64,000 nt of DNA from Thiotrichales bacterium (GCA_026709935.1 JAPOSC010000044.1:1911-65910); one strand, 5' to 3'; positions 32,673-42,926 are shown, numbered from the stretch's first letter. Notes: a model not told the origin generated them from the sequence alone. Numbers and translations: made by a program.

Positions 32673-32821
32673 GGATGCTCCGGCGCCGATGGGCAAAGTA
32701 CGGGTGCGCCTGCCCCCACCGTGATTCGTCGATCAGGCGATTCGTTCAAACGGCAAATACGCGAATCGCTCAGGTGCGCGAACCGTCCGACGACAGGGAT
32801 CGCAAAGCACGCAAATTGTCG

Positions 32822-32944
32822 CCGCGAATCGTCTCCAGCAAGCGATTCGCCTCGAACCGCGAATCTTCCCCAGCGAGCGATTCGCCTCAAACCGCGAATC
32901 GTCTCCAGCGAGCGATTCGCCTTAAACCGCGAATCTTCCCGCAG
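32822..32944. repeat. Tandem array of about 3.5 x 35-bp palindromic units
   Basis: Units start at 32822, 32857, 32892 and 32927; each carries gcgaatc...gattcgc. Confidence 0.9.
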
Positions 32945-33200
32945 ACTATAGGGAACGACGGGATCGACGGTCAACGCCGCCCTCTGCCGCCGGCGGTGCC
33001 GGCAATGGCGCCTGACGATGGCTTGGCGTGAGAAAAGAACGTGTCGCGGTGATAGCATCCCGCCGGCGTGATGCCGTGATGGCCGCGGGTGGTGGCAAGG
33101 TGCCTCGGTGCTCGCGAGGTTGGGCACGGTACGGCGGCGCCAGGTGGTCGGGGTGCGGCCGGATTTCACGCTTCGGCCCCACTTGGGAGCATCGTTCGTC

Positions 33201-34520
33201 ATGCATCGACGTGAATTCGCCTCTCGCCGACGGCGTCTGATGGACATGATGGTGGAGGGGAGCGTCGCGATCATTCCGACCGCGCCGGTTCGGTCGCGCA
33301 ACCGCGATGTCGATTTCCCCCATCGTCCGGACAGCAGCTTCTACTACCTCACCGGGTTCGGCGAGCCCGAAGCGGTGGCGGTGTTCGCGCCGGGCCGCGA
33401 GCAGGGTGAGTTCATCATGTTCTGCCGGGAGCGCGATCCCGCGGCGGAGCAGTGGCACGGGTCCCGGCTCGGGCTCGAAGGGGCGTGCGAGCGCCACGGG
33501 GCCGACGACGCCTTTCCCATCGACGACATCGACGACATCCTGCCGGGGCTTCTGGAAGACAAGTCGCGCGTGTACTACGCGATGGGACATTACCCGGAGT
33601 TCGACCAGCGCATGCTGGCATGGGTCTCGAAGGCGCGTGGCGGCGTGCGTTCGAGCGGTGGCCCGAGCGAACTCGTCATGCTCGATCACCTCGTCCACGA
33701 GATGCGGCTGTTCAAGGGCAAGGCGGAGATTCGTGCGATGACCAGGGCGGCGGAGGTCAGTGCCGCTGCCCACGAGCGGGCCATGCGCATGTGCCGGCCG
33801 GGTCTGTACGAGTACCAGATCGAGGCGGAACTGCTCCACGAATTCAACCGCGCGGGGTGCCGGGCGCCTGCATATCCGTCCATCGTGGCCGGGGGCGCGA
33901 ACGCGTGCACCCTGCACTACACCGACAATATCGACCGGTTGCGGGACCGGGACCTGCTGCTCATCGACGCCGGCGCCGAGCACGACTTCTACGCGGCCGA
34001 CATCACCCGCACCTTCCCCGTCAACGGCCAGTTCTCGCGCGCCCAGCGCGACGTGTACTCGGTGGTGCTGGCGGCGCAGGAGGCGGCCATCGACACGGTG
34101 GGCCCCGGCCGCACCGTCGACGATGTGCACATGGCGGCGGTGCGCGTGCTGGTCGACGGGCTCGTCGACCTCGGCGCGCTCAAGGGTCGGGCGAAGCGCC
34201 TCATCGCCAAGGAGAAGTACAAGCGCTTCTACATGCACCGCACCGGGCACTGGCTCGGCATGGACGTGCACGATGTCGGGGACTATCGCATCGAAGACGA
34301 ATCGCGGATGCTCGAACCCGGCATGGTCGTGACCGTGGAGCCCGGACTCTACATCGCTCCCGGTGACGGCAAGGCCCCCAAGCGGCTGCGCGGCATCGGC
34401 ATCCGCATCGAGGACGATGTCCTCGTCACGAAGTCGGGTCGGCAGGTGCTGACCTCGGCGGTGCCGAAGTCGATCGACGAGATCGAGTCGATCGTCGGAT
34501 CGGATGCCGGCATCGGCTGA
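33201..34520 (+). CDS. pepP: Xaa-Pro aminopeptidase
   Basis: LLIDAG, DITRT, HRTGHWLGMDVHD, TVEPG and GIRIEDD motifs. Confidence 0.95.
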   Translation: MHRREFASRRRRLMDMMVEGSVAIIPTAPVRSRNRDVDFPHRPDSSFYYLTGFGEPEAVAVFAPGREQGEFIMFCRERDPAAEQWHGSRLGLEGACERHGADDAFPIDDIDDILPGLLEDKSRVYYAMGHYPEFDQRMLAWVSKARGGVRSSGGPSELVMLDHLVHEMRLFKGKAEIRAMTRAAEVSAAAHERAMRMCRPGLYEYQIEAELLHEFNRAGCRAPAYPSIVAGGANACTLHYTDNIDRLRDRDLLLIDAGAEHDFYAADITRTFPVNGQFSRAQRDVYSVVLAAQEAAIDTVGPGRTVDDVHMAAVRVLVDGLVDLGALKGRAKRLIAKEKYKRFYMHRTGHWLGMDVHDVGDYRIEDESRMLEPGMVVTVEPGLYIAPGDGKAPKRLRGIGIRIEDDVLVTKSGRQVLTSAVPKSIDEIESIVGSDAGIG

Positions 34521-35778
34521 CATCGTCCGGCTTCATGCGCGCTCCCCACTGGTCGCGGGCACCCGGTTCGATGTTGCGGTCGCCGGCGGGGGGGCGGTCG
34601 GCGCCGCGCTCGCCTGTGCGCTCGCCGACTCGGGGGCAAGCGTGCTGCTCGCCGATCCCTGGTTCGGCGTCGCCAAATCGTCTCCCGCGTTCGCTCCCCG
34701 GCCGATCGCGCTGTCATTCGCCACGGAGCGCGTGCTCGCCTCGCTCGGGGCGTGGGAGGGTCTCGCTCCCGCGGTGACCCCAATCGAATCGATCCACGTA
34801 TCGGAGGCGGGCCGGTTCGGGGCGACGCGGCTCAAGGCCGCGCAGTGCGGGGTGGAGCGGTTCGGGAGCGTGGTGACGGCCGACGCGCTGGGGCAGGCGC
34901 TCCGCGACGCGGTGGCGCGACGCGACGCGGTCTGCTGCACCGGGGGACGGATCGTCGATGCCCACCCGGGTGACGGGAAGGTCGTCTCGCGGGTGGCCGA
35001 CGATGCGGCCGGCACGTCGCGGCACATCGGCGCATCGCTGGTCGCGGTGGCCGACGGGGGACGCTCGGAGCTGCGTGATGCGCTCGGCATCGACAGCGCT
35101 GTTCGCGACTACCGGCAGTGTGCGATCGCGGCGGTGGTGAGGGCGCGGGCGCCTCGCGAGCACACCGCCCTGGAGCGGTTCACGACCGAAGGCCCGGTGG
35201 CGCTGTTGCCGATGGGTGGGAAGTGCTATGGCCTCGTGTGGAGCTGTGGCGAGGCGCACGCGGAGGAACTGGGTCGGCTTGACGAAGGCGCGTTCGCCGG
35301 GAGGCTCGCCGCGGTCTTCGGTGGTCGCCTGGGTGGGTTCGACGCCATTGGCGAGCGCACCCTGTTTCCGCTGCGGTTCGTGCGCGCGAACGCCATCGTC
35401 GCCGAGCGCGTGGCCTTGGTCGGCAATGCCGCGAACCGGCTTCACCCGGTCGCGGGTCAGGGGTTCAACCTCGGGATGCGCGACGTCGCCTGTCTGGCCG
35501 AGGTGGTCGCGGCGGCGGGCCGGGAAGGATGCGATCCCGGCGATCCGTCGGTGCTCGCGCGCTACCGGCGCTGGCGCGCCCCGGACCACGCCGCGGTCGC
35601 ACGCTTCACCGATGGGCTCGTGGACCTCTTCGGCCATCGTTGTTCTCCGATCGCGCCGCTCCGGGCACCGGCGCTCGTCGCTCTGGATCTCATGCCGGGG
35701 CTGAAGCGTGCGCTCGCCCGCCGTGCCATGGGTCTCGCCGGGCGGGTACCGCGGCTGGCTCTGGGAATCCGCGCGTGA
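34504..35778 (+). CDS. ubiH: 2-octaprenyl-6-methoxyphenol hydroxylase
   Basis: GGGAVG, ERFTTEGPVALLP and GNAANRLHPVAGQGFNLGMRD motifs; follows pepP. Confidence 0.85.
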   Translation: MPASADIVRLHARSPLVAGTRFDVAVAGGGAVGAALACALADSGASVLLADPWFGVAKSSPAFAPRPIALSFATERVLASLGAWEGLAPAVTPIESIHVSEAGRFGATRLKAAQCGVERFGSVVTADALGQALRDAVARRDAVCCTGGRIVDAHPGDGKVVSRVADDAAGTSRHIGASLVAVADGGRSELRDALGIDSAVRDYRQCAIAAVVRARAPREHTALERFTTEGPVALLPMGGKCYGLVWSCGEAHAEELGRLDEGAFAGRLAAVFGGRLGGFDAIGERTLFPLRFVRANAIVAERVALVGNAANRLHPVAGQGFNLGMRDVACLAEVVAAAGREGCDPGDPSVLARYRRWRAPDHAAVARFTDGLVDLFGHRCSPIAPLRAPALVALDLMPGLKRALARRAMGLAGRVPRLALGIRA

Positions 35779-35953
35779 GCCGCGAGGTGCTCTCTGCGGG
35801 GGAGCGGGGGCATCGGAGCGCCGCCGGCTCCCACCCGCCTGGCTTCCGGATTCGGCCCGTGAGATACGACATTGTTGGCCCATGGGGTGAGTGCATCGGC
35901 GTGCCGCCGGTCCCCGCCGGTCGGGGGCTCGGATTCGCGTCCGAGGGCCGCGC

Positions 35954-37186
35954 GTGAGGTACGACGTCATCGTCGCGGGCGGGGGGCTCGTGGGCGCGAC
36001 CCTGGCCCTCGCTTTGGGGGAGGCGGGTTTCGATGTCGCCATCGTCGAGCGTTCGAGCGAGCCCACCCCGGCCCCGGGGCCGACCTTCGGAGCGCGGGTC
36101 AGCACCTTCACGGTGGCGTCGGAGCGCATCCTGCGCGCGACCGGGGTATGGCCGATGCTGCCCGCGGAGCGGATCGGCCCGATGCGCGAGATGCACGTCT
36201 GGGAGCGCTCCGGAGAGGTGCACTTCGACAGCGCCGAGATCGGCGAGCCGTCCCTCGGCCATGTCATCGAGAATGCGGTGGTGCAATGGGCGGTCGAGCA
36301 GCGCCTCAAGGCGCAGCCGAATGTCGAATGGCATCGCGGAGAAGCGCTTGAAGGGCTCGTGGTCGACGGCGGCGGAGCACGGGCGGAGCTCGGCGGGCGG
36401 GATCTTCGCGGATCGCTCGTCGTCGGCGCGGACGGCGCGGGCTCGCGGGTGCGCGAGCTCGCGGGCATCGACGTGATCGAAGGCGACTATCATCAGAAGG
36501 CGGTGGTGGCCGAGGTACGCACCGCGATGGCGCACCGCGAAACGGCGTGGCAGCGTTTCCTGCCGGCCGGCCCGCTTGCGTTCCTTCCGCTCGCGAACGG
36601 CGCGTCGTCCATCGTGTGGTCGACAACGCCCACCCACGCGGCCGAACTGTGCGCGCTCGACGCGGATGCATTCGGGCTGGAAGTGGCCGACGCCTTCGAG
36701 TGGAGGCTCGGCGCGGTGGCCGCCCCGGCCGCCCGCGCGTCGTTTCCTCTGCGTCATCTCCATGCTCGGGCCTACGTGCGCGACCGCATCGCGCTGGCTG
36801 GCGACGCCGCCCATGTCGTGCATCCGCTGGCGGGGCAGGGGGTGAACCTGGGGCTGCTCGACGCCGCGGCCCTGGCCGAGGTGGTGAGCCGGGCGCGTCA
36901 GCGTGGGCGGGACATCGGATCGAGGGCGACGCTGCGCCGCTACGAACGCTGGCGGCGCGGCCATAACGCCGCGATGCAGGCGGTGCTCGGTGGCTTCCGG
37001 CACCTGTTCTCGGCCCCGTGGCCCCCCGCGCGGTGGATGCGCGAGACCGGATTCGCACTCACCGACCGCCTCCCGCCGCTCAAGGCGGGCTTCATGCGGC
37101 ACGCCTCCGGATTCGACGGCGACCTGCCGGCGCTGGCGCGCGGTGTTTCCGCCCCCGGCTCCGGCTCGATCCCCAGCGTGGGTTGA
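35954..37186 (+). CDS. UbiH/UbiF/UbiI-family FAD monooxygenase (UbiI/VisC-like)
   Basis: GGGLVG, WQRFLPAGPLAFLP and GDAAHVVHPLAGQGVNLG motifs. Confidence 0.88.
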   Translation: MRYDVIVAGGGLVGATLALALGEAGFDVAIVERSSEPTPAPGPTFGARVSTFTVASERILRATGVWPMLPAERIGPMREMHVWERSGEVHFDSAEIGEPSLGHVIENAVVQWAVEQRLKAQPNVEWHRGEALEGLVVDGGGARAELGGRDLRGSLVVGADGAGSRVRELAGIDVIEGDYHQKAVVAEVRTAMAHRETAWQRFLPAGPLAFLPLANGASSIVWSTTPTHAAELCALDADAFGLEVADAFEWRLGAVAAPAARASFPLRHLHARAYVRDRIALAGDAAHVVHPLAGQGVNLGLLDAAALAEVVSRARQRGRDIGSRATLRRYERWRRGHNAAMQAVLGGFRHLFSAPWPPARWMRETGFALTDRLPPLKAGFMRHASGFDGDLPALARGVSAPGSGSIPSVG

Positions 37187-37252
37187 TCAAGGATTCCCGA
37201 CAGGCACAAGAACCGGGCCGGACACTGCTCCGAGCCGAAACGAGGAACGACC

Positions 37253-38149
37253 ATGACTGCGATCTTCGAAACCGACCTTCCGGATCTCGAGCTTGTGGGG
37301 CGCGGCAAGGTGCGCGACATCTACGCCGCCGGGGAGGATCATCTGATCATCGTGGCGACGGATCGGCTCTCGGCGTTCGACGTGGTACTGCCCAATCCCA
37401 TCCCGGGCAAGGGCGCGGTGCTGACGGGGCTGTCGCACTTCTGGTTCTCGCGAATCGAGGGCATCGTGCGCAATCACCGAGCGACGGTGGGGCTCGAAGC
37501 GTTCGTGCCGGAAGCCGGGGTGCGGGCATCCATCGCGGGTCAGACCATGGTCGTGCGCCGTCTCCAGCCGCTGCCCATCGAGGCCATCGTGCGCGGCTAC
37601 CTCATCGGTTCGGGGTGGAAGGACTACCAGCGCACCGGGACGGTGTGCGGGATTCATCTGCCGCCGGGGTTGAGGCAGGCCGACCGGCTGCCCGAAGTCA
37701 TCTTCACGCCCTCCACCAAGGCCGAGGCCGGGGCGCACGACGAGAACATCGACTTCGATGCGGCGGCGGGGCTCGTCGGCCGGGAGCTGGCCGAGCGGGT
37801 GCGGGACACGAGCATCCGCGTGTACCGCGAGGCGTCCGAGTTCGCGGCGGCGCGGGGCATCATCATCGCGGACACCAAGTTCGAGTTCGCGCTCGACGCC
37901 GACGGCGCGCTGGTGCTCATCGACGAGGTGCTGACGCCGGATTCCTCGCGGTTCTGGCCCGCGGACCGGTACGCGCCCGGCACCAGTCCGCCGAGCTTCG
38001 ACAAGCAGTTCGTGCGCGACTACCTGGAGACCCTCGACTGGAACAAGGCTCCGCCGGCCCCCGCCCTGCCGGCGGAGATCATCGAGCAGACATCGCGCAA
38101 GTACCGCGAGGCGTTCGCACGGATCGCAGGTCCGGCCGCCGCCGGCTGA
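37253..38149 (+). CDS. purC: SAICAR synthase
   Basis: GKVRDIY, DRLSAFD, ADTKFEF and [12 protein letters not shown] motifs. Confidence 0.96.
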   Translation: MTAIFETDLPDLELVGRGKVRDIYAAGEDHLIIVATDRLSAFDVVLPNPIPGKGAVLTGLSHFWFSRIEGIVRNHRATVGLEAFVPEAGVRASIAGQTMVVRRLQPLPIEAIVRGYLIGSGWKDYQRTGTVCGIHLPPGLRQADRLPEVIFTPSTKAEAGAHDENIDFDAAAGLVGRELAERVRDTSIRVYREASEFAAARGIIIADTKFEFALDADGALVLIDEVLTPDSSRFWPADRYAPGTSPPSFDKQFVRDYLETLDWNKAPPAPALPAEIIEQTSRKYREAFARIAGPAAAG

Positions 38150-38521
38150 GACCGTCGCGAGTCGCCGCCGCGAGTCACCGCCAGGAGTCACTGGGGGTCA
38201 CCGCCGCGCCCGGTCCGAGGGCCGGAGGAATGCCCGCAGTCGGACGCGGAACATGATCCGGCGCCGCGGTGCGGCACGGCGGACACTGCGATCTCCTTCC
38301 CATGCCGGGCCTTTCCCGTCCTCGTCCGACGGGTCCGGATTCGACATCGGACGAGGCCGAATCCGACCCCGGGCGCGTTCCAGTCCTACGTCGAAGGGGA
38401 CTTCGGCCGATATCGGCGGGCGGGTCGCCCGGTCCAGGATCCTGGGCTCCATCCATGCGGGATGCACGGCTGTGGGCACGGATCTGACTGTTTTCGCCGC
38501 GGAACGCGGGATAACCATCTA

Positions 38522-38557
38522 CGCGCCCTAGCTTCGCGAATCGGTGAAATTTCCGGG
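38522..38557 (+). repeat. Dispersed element copy
   Basis: cgcgccctagcttcgcgaatcggtgaaatttccggg, nearly identical to 14462-14497. Confidence 0.75.
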
Positions 38558-38566
38558 GTTAGTTCA

Positions 38567-40594
38567 GTGACGGGAGGCATATATCCGGGCGCCGTGATTC
38601 GGGGTGGCCGGCGGCGCTGGCACGGCACGCGCCGCGGACAGTGCGGTGCCGTCCTGCTGGCCACGCTGGCGCTGATGATCCTCGCTGGCGCCGGGGTCCT
38701 GCTCGTGCGCTTCGACGGTACGGCGACGGTGCGGGCGCGAGAGGCCGCCGCGACCGCTCGCGCGCTCGCGGATGCGCGGCGGGCCCTCATCGGTTGGTCC
38801 GTCGGGGCCGGTCTGGCCGGGAGCGCAGAGGCGCATGCGCCGGGGCTGTTGCCCTTCCCGGATCGCAACACGGACCCCTACGGTTACGACGGCGAGGCCG
38901 ACTGCGTGACCGGCGGACTGTCCGATCGCCATCTCATCGGCCGGCTGGCGTGGGCCGGAGAGACGTCCCCGTGCCCGGATCGGGCCCTGGGGGTCGAGCT
39001 TCGCGACGGGTCGGGAGAGCCGCTGTGGTACGCGGTGTCGCGCAATCTCGTCAACCACCGGGGCGGCGGTGCGTCCGACCCGCCGATCAACCCCGGTCTC
39101 CTCGATCGCCCGCCTGCCTATCCGTGGCTGCGGCTGGTCGATGCCAATGGCCGCGTGGTGACCGCGAGCGACGGGGAACCGCTCGAGATCGCCGCGGTGG
39201 TCATTGCCCCGGGGCCGCCGCTGCCGGGTCAGAACCGGACAGGATTCGCGCCCGGCCCCGCCCAGTATCTGGATTCGGTCACCGTGAACGGAGTGACCTA
39301 CGACAACGCCGATGCCGACGGTTGCCATGATGCGGTCACCGGCGCGGGGGCGCACCCGAACTGTCCCGGTCGGGCCGGCGAGGAGTTCATTCTCTATCCG
39401 GACTCCCGCGACACCGCGACCGAGATGGATGCGTTCAACGACCGCGTCGCCTGGATCACGGCGGAGGAGCTGCTGCGGACGGCGGAGGCGCGCGCCCTCG
39501 GTGAGATGGCGGTGATCCTGGAGCGCTACCGGTCGCGCCACGGTGCATACCCGTGGCTGGCGCCGTACGCTGGCGATCCCGCGGCGGATCCGACGGGCAC
39601 GGTGCTCTACCACGGAGCCGCGGACGGAGCGGGTGGTACGCGCCACGGGATGCTCCCGGTGCACGCGATGCCCGGTCAGCTCTACGACACCGGGTATGTC
39701 CTGCGGTGGACGATCGATGCGGGGGCGGTGGTCGTCACCTCCGATCCGTCGTCCATCGGCTCGACGCCGCCGCCGACCGATGCCGAGCTGTACGCGCTCC
39801 TCTCCGCGGAGCCTCAGACCGTGAGCGGACCCGTCGTCTGCGCCTGGAACGGCGACGACGGCGTCCACTGTGCCGGAGAGCCGTACCGCTACGCTCCCGG
39901 CGTCGCCTTCATCCCGAGCGGATCGTTGGTGCGCGAGCGCGAGGTCCGAGTCGAGCACGACGAGGCAGCCTGGATCTTCTCCGGTGGCACCGTCGCGCCC
40001 GGTGCGGATCCGTCCGCGGCGGCGCCCCGCACCCGCACCGTGGCCGTCACCACGACCCTGCCGCCGTCCTTCATCGCGTCGGTCCGGGCGCGCAACCGAG
40101 AGATCCGGTGCGCCGATCCCGCCTGCTCCGCCACCATCACCACCGGGATGTCCGTCGAGCGCACCCTCACCGTTGACACCGGCACCCTCGCGACGCTCAC
40201 CTTCGCCGGTCTGGAGCACGACCTCAGCGTCGCCCGGGACGGCGTGCCGCGATGGTTCGTCGACAACGGTTGGTATCGGTACATCCGCGCGGCGGTGTCC
40301 GGCGAGGAGACGGGCGCGGGCGACCCATCGCCCGGACGCTGCATCGGTTCGGGGTCGGGATGTCTGATCCTGAGCGCGTCGGGGTTGGTGCGCGCGGACG
40401 TGCCCGCGTTCCTCGTCGGCTCGGGCCCGGCGCTCCCGCACCAGGCGCGTGACGGGTGCGGTGGCGCTTGCGCCGGGGCGTACTTCGAGCCCCCGCATGA
40501 TGCGGCCGGTGGCGATACGGCAACCCGCGCCGCGCTTGCAGCAGACTTCAACGATCAGGTCCGGGTGGCGGGTCCGCCGGGGACGAGCCCGTGA
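38567..40594 (+). CDS. Large minor pilin/pseudopilin-like protein (PilX/GspK-type leader)
   Basis: RRGQCG|AVLLATLALM class III-like signal; GLLPFPD, PLWYAVS and FNDRVAWI motifs; start uncertain (38567 or 38594). Confidence 0.65.
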   Translation: MTGGIYPGAVIRGGRRRWHGTRRGQCGAVLLATLALMILAGAGVLLVRFDGTATVRAREAAATARALADARRALIGWSVGAGLAGSAEAHAPGLLPFPDRNTDPYGYDGEADCVTGGLSDRHLIGRLAWAGETSPCPDRALGVELRDGSGEPLWYAVSRNLVNHRGGGASDPPINPGLLDRPPAYPWLRLVDANGRVVTASDGEPLEIAAVVIAPGPPLPGQNRTGFAPGPAQYLDSVTVNGVTYDNADADGCHDAVTGAGAHPNCPGRAGEEFILYPDSRDTATEMDAFNDRVAWITAEELLRTAEARALGEMAVILERYRSRHGAYPWLAPYAGDPAADPTGTVLYHGAADGAGGTRHGMLPVHAMPGQLYDTGYVLRWTIDAGAVVVTSDPSSIGSTPPPTDAELYALLSAEPQTVSGPVVCAWNGDDGVHCAGEPYRYAPGVAFIPSGSLVREREVRVEHDEAAWIFSGGTVAPGADPSAAAPRTRTVAVTTTLPPSFIASVRARNREIRCADPACSATITTGMSVERTLTVDTGTLATLTFAGLEHDLSVARDGVPRWFVDNGWYRYIRAAVSGEETGAGDPSPGRCIGSGSGCLILSASGLVRADVPAFLVGSGPALPHQARDGCGGACAGAYFEPPHDAAGGDTATRAALAADFNDQVRVAGPPGTSP

Positions 40595-40884
40595 AGACCG
40601 GTTTCGGTTCGAGGATGACCGGAGCAAGGACGCCGTCGCCTCGACCGACCCCCGGTCGCGGTCCTCGAACCGGTGATGCGGAGAGCTCAGGCCGTCCGGT
40701 CTCCGGCGCTCGGGTGACGACGGTCCGAGCCGCCACCCACCCGGGAGGCGCGGAGAGTGCCGGCTGCCCGGTTTCCGACTCCTTTCCGAGCTCGTCGCAC
40801 ATCCCTCCGACCGAGCACCCGGGCCGCGTCCGATGCGCCCGGACGCACCGCCCCCGTGTCTTTGCTCCCCGGAGATTCGGCGAC

Positions 40885-41718
40885 ATGCGCGTGCCGGACG
40901 ATCGACGCCGGCCCCGGCCCCGGCCCCGGCCCCGGCGTCAGGCGGGGTTCACCCTCGTCGAGCTTGCCGTGGTCATCGCGATCCTGGGTCTGGTGCTCGG
41001 CACGATGCTCGCTCCGTTGCGAGCCCAGATCGACGCGACGCGGATTCGGGCCGCGGAGCGGATGCTCGGCGAGATTCGCGAGGCGCTGATCGGGCACGTG
41101 ATTACCCGCGGGGCGCTGCCGTGCCCCGACGTCATCTCCGATGGCATCGACGGGGTGGCGCCCGCCGCCTGCGCTGGGGCGGCGCTGGCCGGGGTGCTGC
41201 CGTATCAGACCCTTGGGGTCGGGCGAGCGGACCCCTGGGGCCGACATTTCGGATACCGCGTCGCACAGGAGTTCTCGATCCGGGCCCTGACCGGTCAGCC
41301 ACCCGCCGCCGGCCGGCTCGATCTCACCGACACCGGCGATATCACGGTACTGGCCCGAGGCGACGATCCGGGCACCGCGGGCACCATCGAACTCAAGCAC
41401 CAGAGCGTCGCCACCGCGCTCACCCGCGCGGCCCCGGCGCTGGTGCTCTCGTTCGGGCCCGGCGGGCTCGGCGGCATCGACGCTGCGACCGGCCGCGCCC
41501 TCGCGTCGCCGTCCGGTGGCGCCATCGACGAAATCGAGAACGCCGATGCCGACGCGACGTTCGTCAGCCGCGTCCACTCGCCGGGTACCGACGGCTGCGA
41601 CGACGCCGACGAGTCGGCCGCACCACCGCCGCCATCGTGCGGGTTCGACGACATCGTGACGTGGATCTCCACCCCGGTGCTGATGGCGCGACTGGTCGAG
41701 GCTCGGGTTCTGCCGTGA
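40885..41718 (+). CDS. Prepilin-type minor pilin
   Basis: RRQAG|FTLVELAVVIAILG; DPWGRHFGY and FDDIVTW motifs. Confidence 0.88.
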   Translation: MRVPDDRRRPRPRPRPRRQAGFTLVELAVVIAILGLVLGTMLAPLRAQIDATRIRAAERMLGEIREALIGHVITRGALPCPDVISDGIDGVAPAACAGAALAGVLPYQTLGVGRADPWGRHFGYRVAQEFSIRALTGQPPAAGRLDLTDTGDITVLARGDDPGTAGTIELKHQSVATALTRAAPALVLSFGPGGLGGIDAATGRALASPSGGAIDEIENADADATFVSRVHSPGTDGCDDADESAAPPPPSCGFDDIVTWISTPVLMARLVEARVLP

Positions 41719-41876
41719 GCGCGTTCTGCCGTGAGCGTGTCCCCACCACCGTCGGGCAGGACCGGGCGCATCGTGACGTGGATTTCCACCCCGGTGCTGA
41801 TGGCGCGACTGGTCGAGGCGCGGGTTCTGCCGTGAGCGTGTTTCCGCCACCGTCGGGCAGGATCGGGCGCATCGTG
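41652..41876 (+). repeat. Tandem duplication of the prepilin gene 3' end
   Basis: Copies start at 41652 and 41769 (117-bp offset); a third begins at 41870. Confidence 0.9.
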
Positions 41877-42013
41877 CCGCGGGTCTTTGCTCCGCCACCG
41901 GGCGCGCCGGTCGCCCGACGCGCGCATGCGGCGATGGATGCATCCACGCGCTGCGGCCCGGGCCCCGGGAGCGCCCGCCCGGCGAGATCGGCGAGATCGG
42001 TGGGATGGGCGAG

Positions 42014-42781
42014 ATGAGCGCTGTGCTCGCGATCGCCCGTGTCACCGCTCTCGAAGCGGTGCGGGGCCGGTTCGCGTGGCTCGTGGTGGGATTCGCGGTG
42101 GCGGGGTGCGGGCTCGCGATGTTCGCCGGCGAGATCGCGATCACCGGGACGGAGGGCTATCGCAGTGGACTGCTCGGGGCCTGGCTGCGGTGGTGGGCGG
42201 TGTTCGCGGCCAGCGCGTTCGCGGTTTCGAGCGTGGTCGGGGACGCCCACGACAAGGGGCTGGATCTGATGCTGGCGACATCCATGCCCCGCGGTGCGTA
42301 CTGCGCCGGCAAGCTCGCCGGATTCGGCGCCGTCGCGCTGCTCCCGGCCGCGGCCGGTGCGCTGGCGCTGGCGTGGTTTGCGCCGTTGCCGCAGGTCGCG
42401 CTGTGGGGGGTCTCCCTCGCTCTGGAACTCTGCATCGTCGCGGCCGCGAGTCTGCTGTGCGCGTTCACCTTCGCCCACCTCGCATGGGCGATGAGCATGG
42501 TGCTCGGGTTCTACGTGCTCTCGCGGTCGATGACGGCGCTGCAACTCATCGCCCACGCCCCCGGGACTGATTCCGGATCGGCGGCCTGGCCGTTCATCCG
42601 GGGGTTCATCGATGCCCTCGCATATCTGTTGCCCGATCTCGACCGGTTCACCCAGTCGCAGTGGCTGATCCACGGCACCGGCACCCTGGCCGAGCTCGGC
42701 TTCGCAGCGGCGCAGACCGCAGTGTATCTAGCCCTGCTCGGCGCCGCGGCGGCGTTCGATCTCCACCGGAAGGTCCTTTGA
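42014..42781 (+). CDS. ABC-2 type exporter permease (PilI/XapC-like)
   Basis: About 6 TM helices; LATSMPRGAYCAGKL, LPDLDRF and FDLHRK motifs. Confidence 0.75.
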   Translation: MSAVLAIARVTALEAVRGRFAWLVVGFAVAGCGLAMFAGEIAITGTEGYRSGLLGAWLRWWAVFAASAFAVSSVVGDAHDKGLDLMLATSMPRGAYCAGKLAGFGAVALLPAAAGALALAWFAPLPQVALWGVSLALELCIVAAASLLCAFTFAHLAWAMSMVLGFYVLSRSMTALQLIAHAPGTDSGSAAWPFIRGFIDALAYLLPDLDRFTQSQWLIHGTGTLAELGFAAAQTAVYLALLGAAAAFDLHRKVL

Positions 42782-42926
42782 GCCCCGCCGCCTCCCCTGG
42801 AAAATCCGGGGTGGCCCGAGGCGGCGTTCGACCTCCACCGGAAGGCCCTTTGAGTCTCGCCGCCTCCCCTGGAAAGTCCGGGACGGTCCGCAGCGGCGTT
42901 CGATCTCCATCGGAAAGCCCTTTGAA
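42749..42926 (+). repeat. 2.5 x 72-bp tandem repeat of the permease 3' end
   Basis: Copies at 42749, 42821 and 42893; TGA retained at 42779, 42851 and 42923. Confidence 0.92.

Noticed and set aside
32822-32944. CRISPR array
   Set aside because: Units are contiguous with no unique spacers; no cas genes in the window
38159-38190. 13-bp gagtc repeats after purC
   Set aside because: Short, degenerate and GC-rich; no supportable function
41652-42926. Diversity-generating retroelement TR/VR pairs
   Set aside because: Differences between copies are not adenine-specific, the repeats are adjacent tandem copies, and no reverse transcriptase is present
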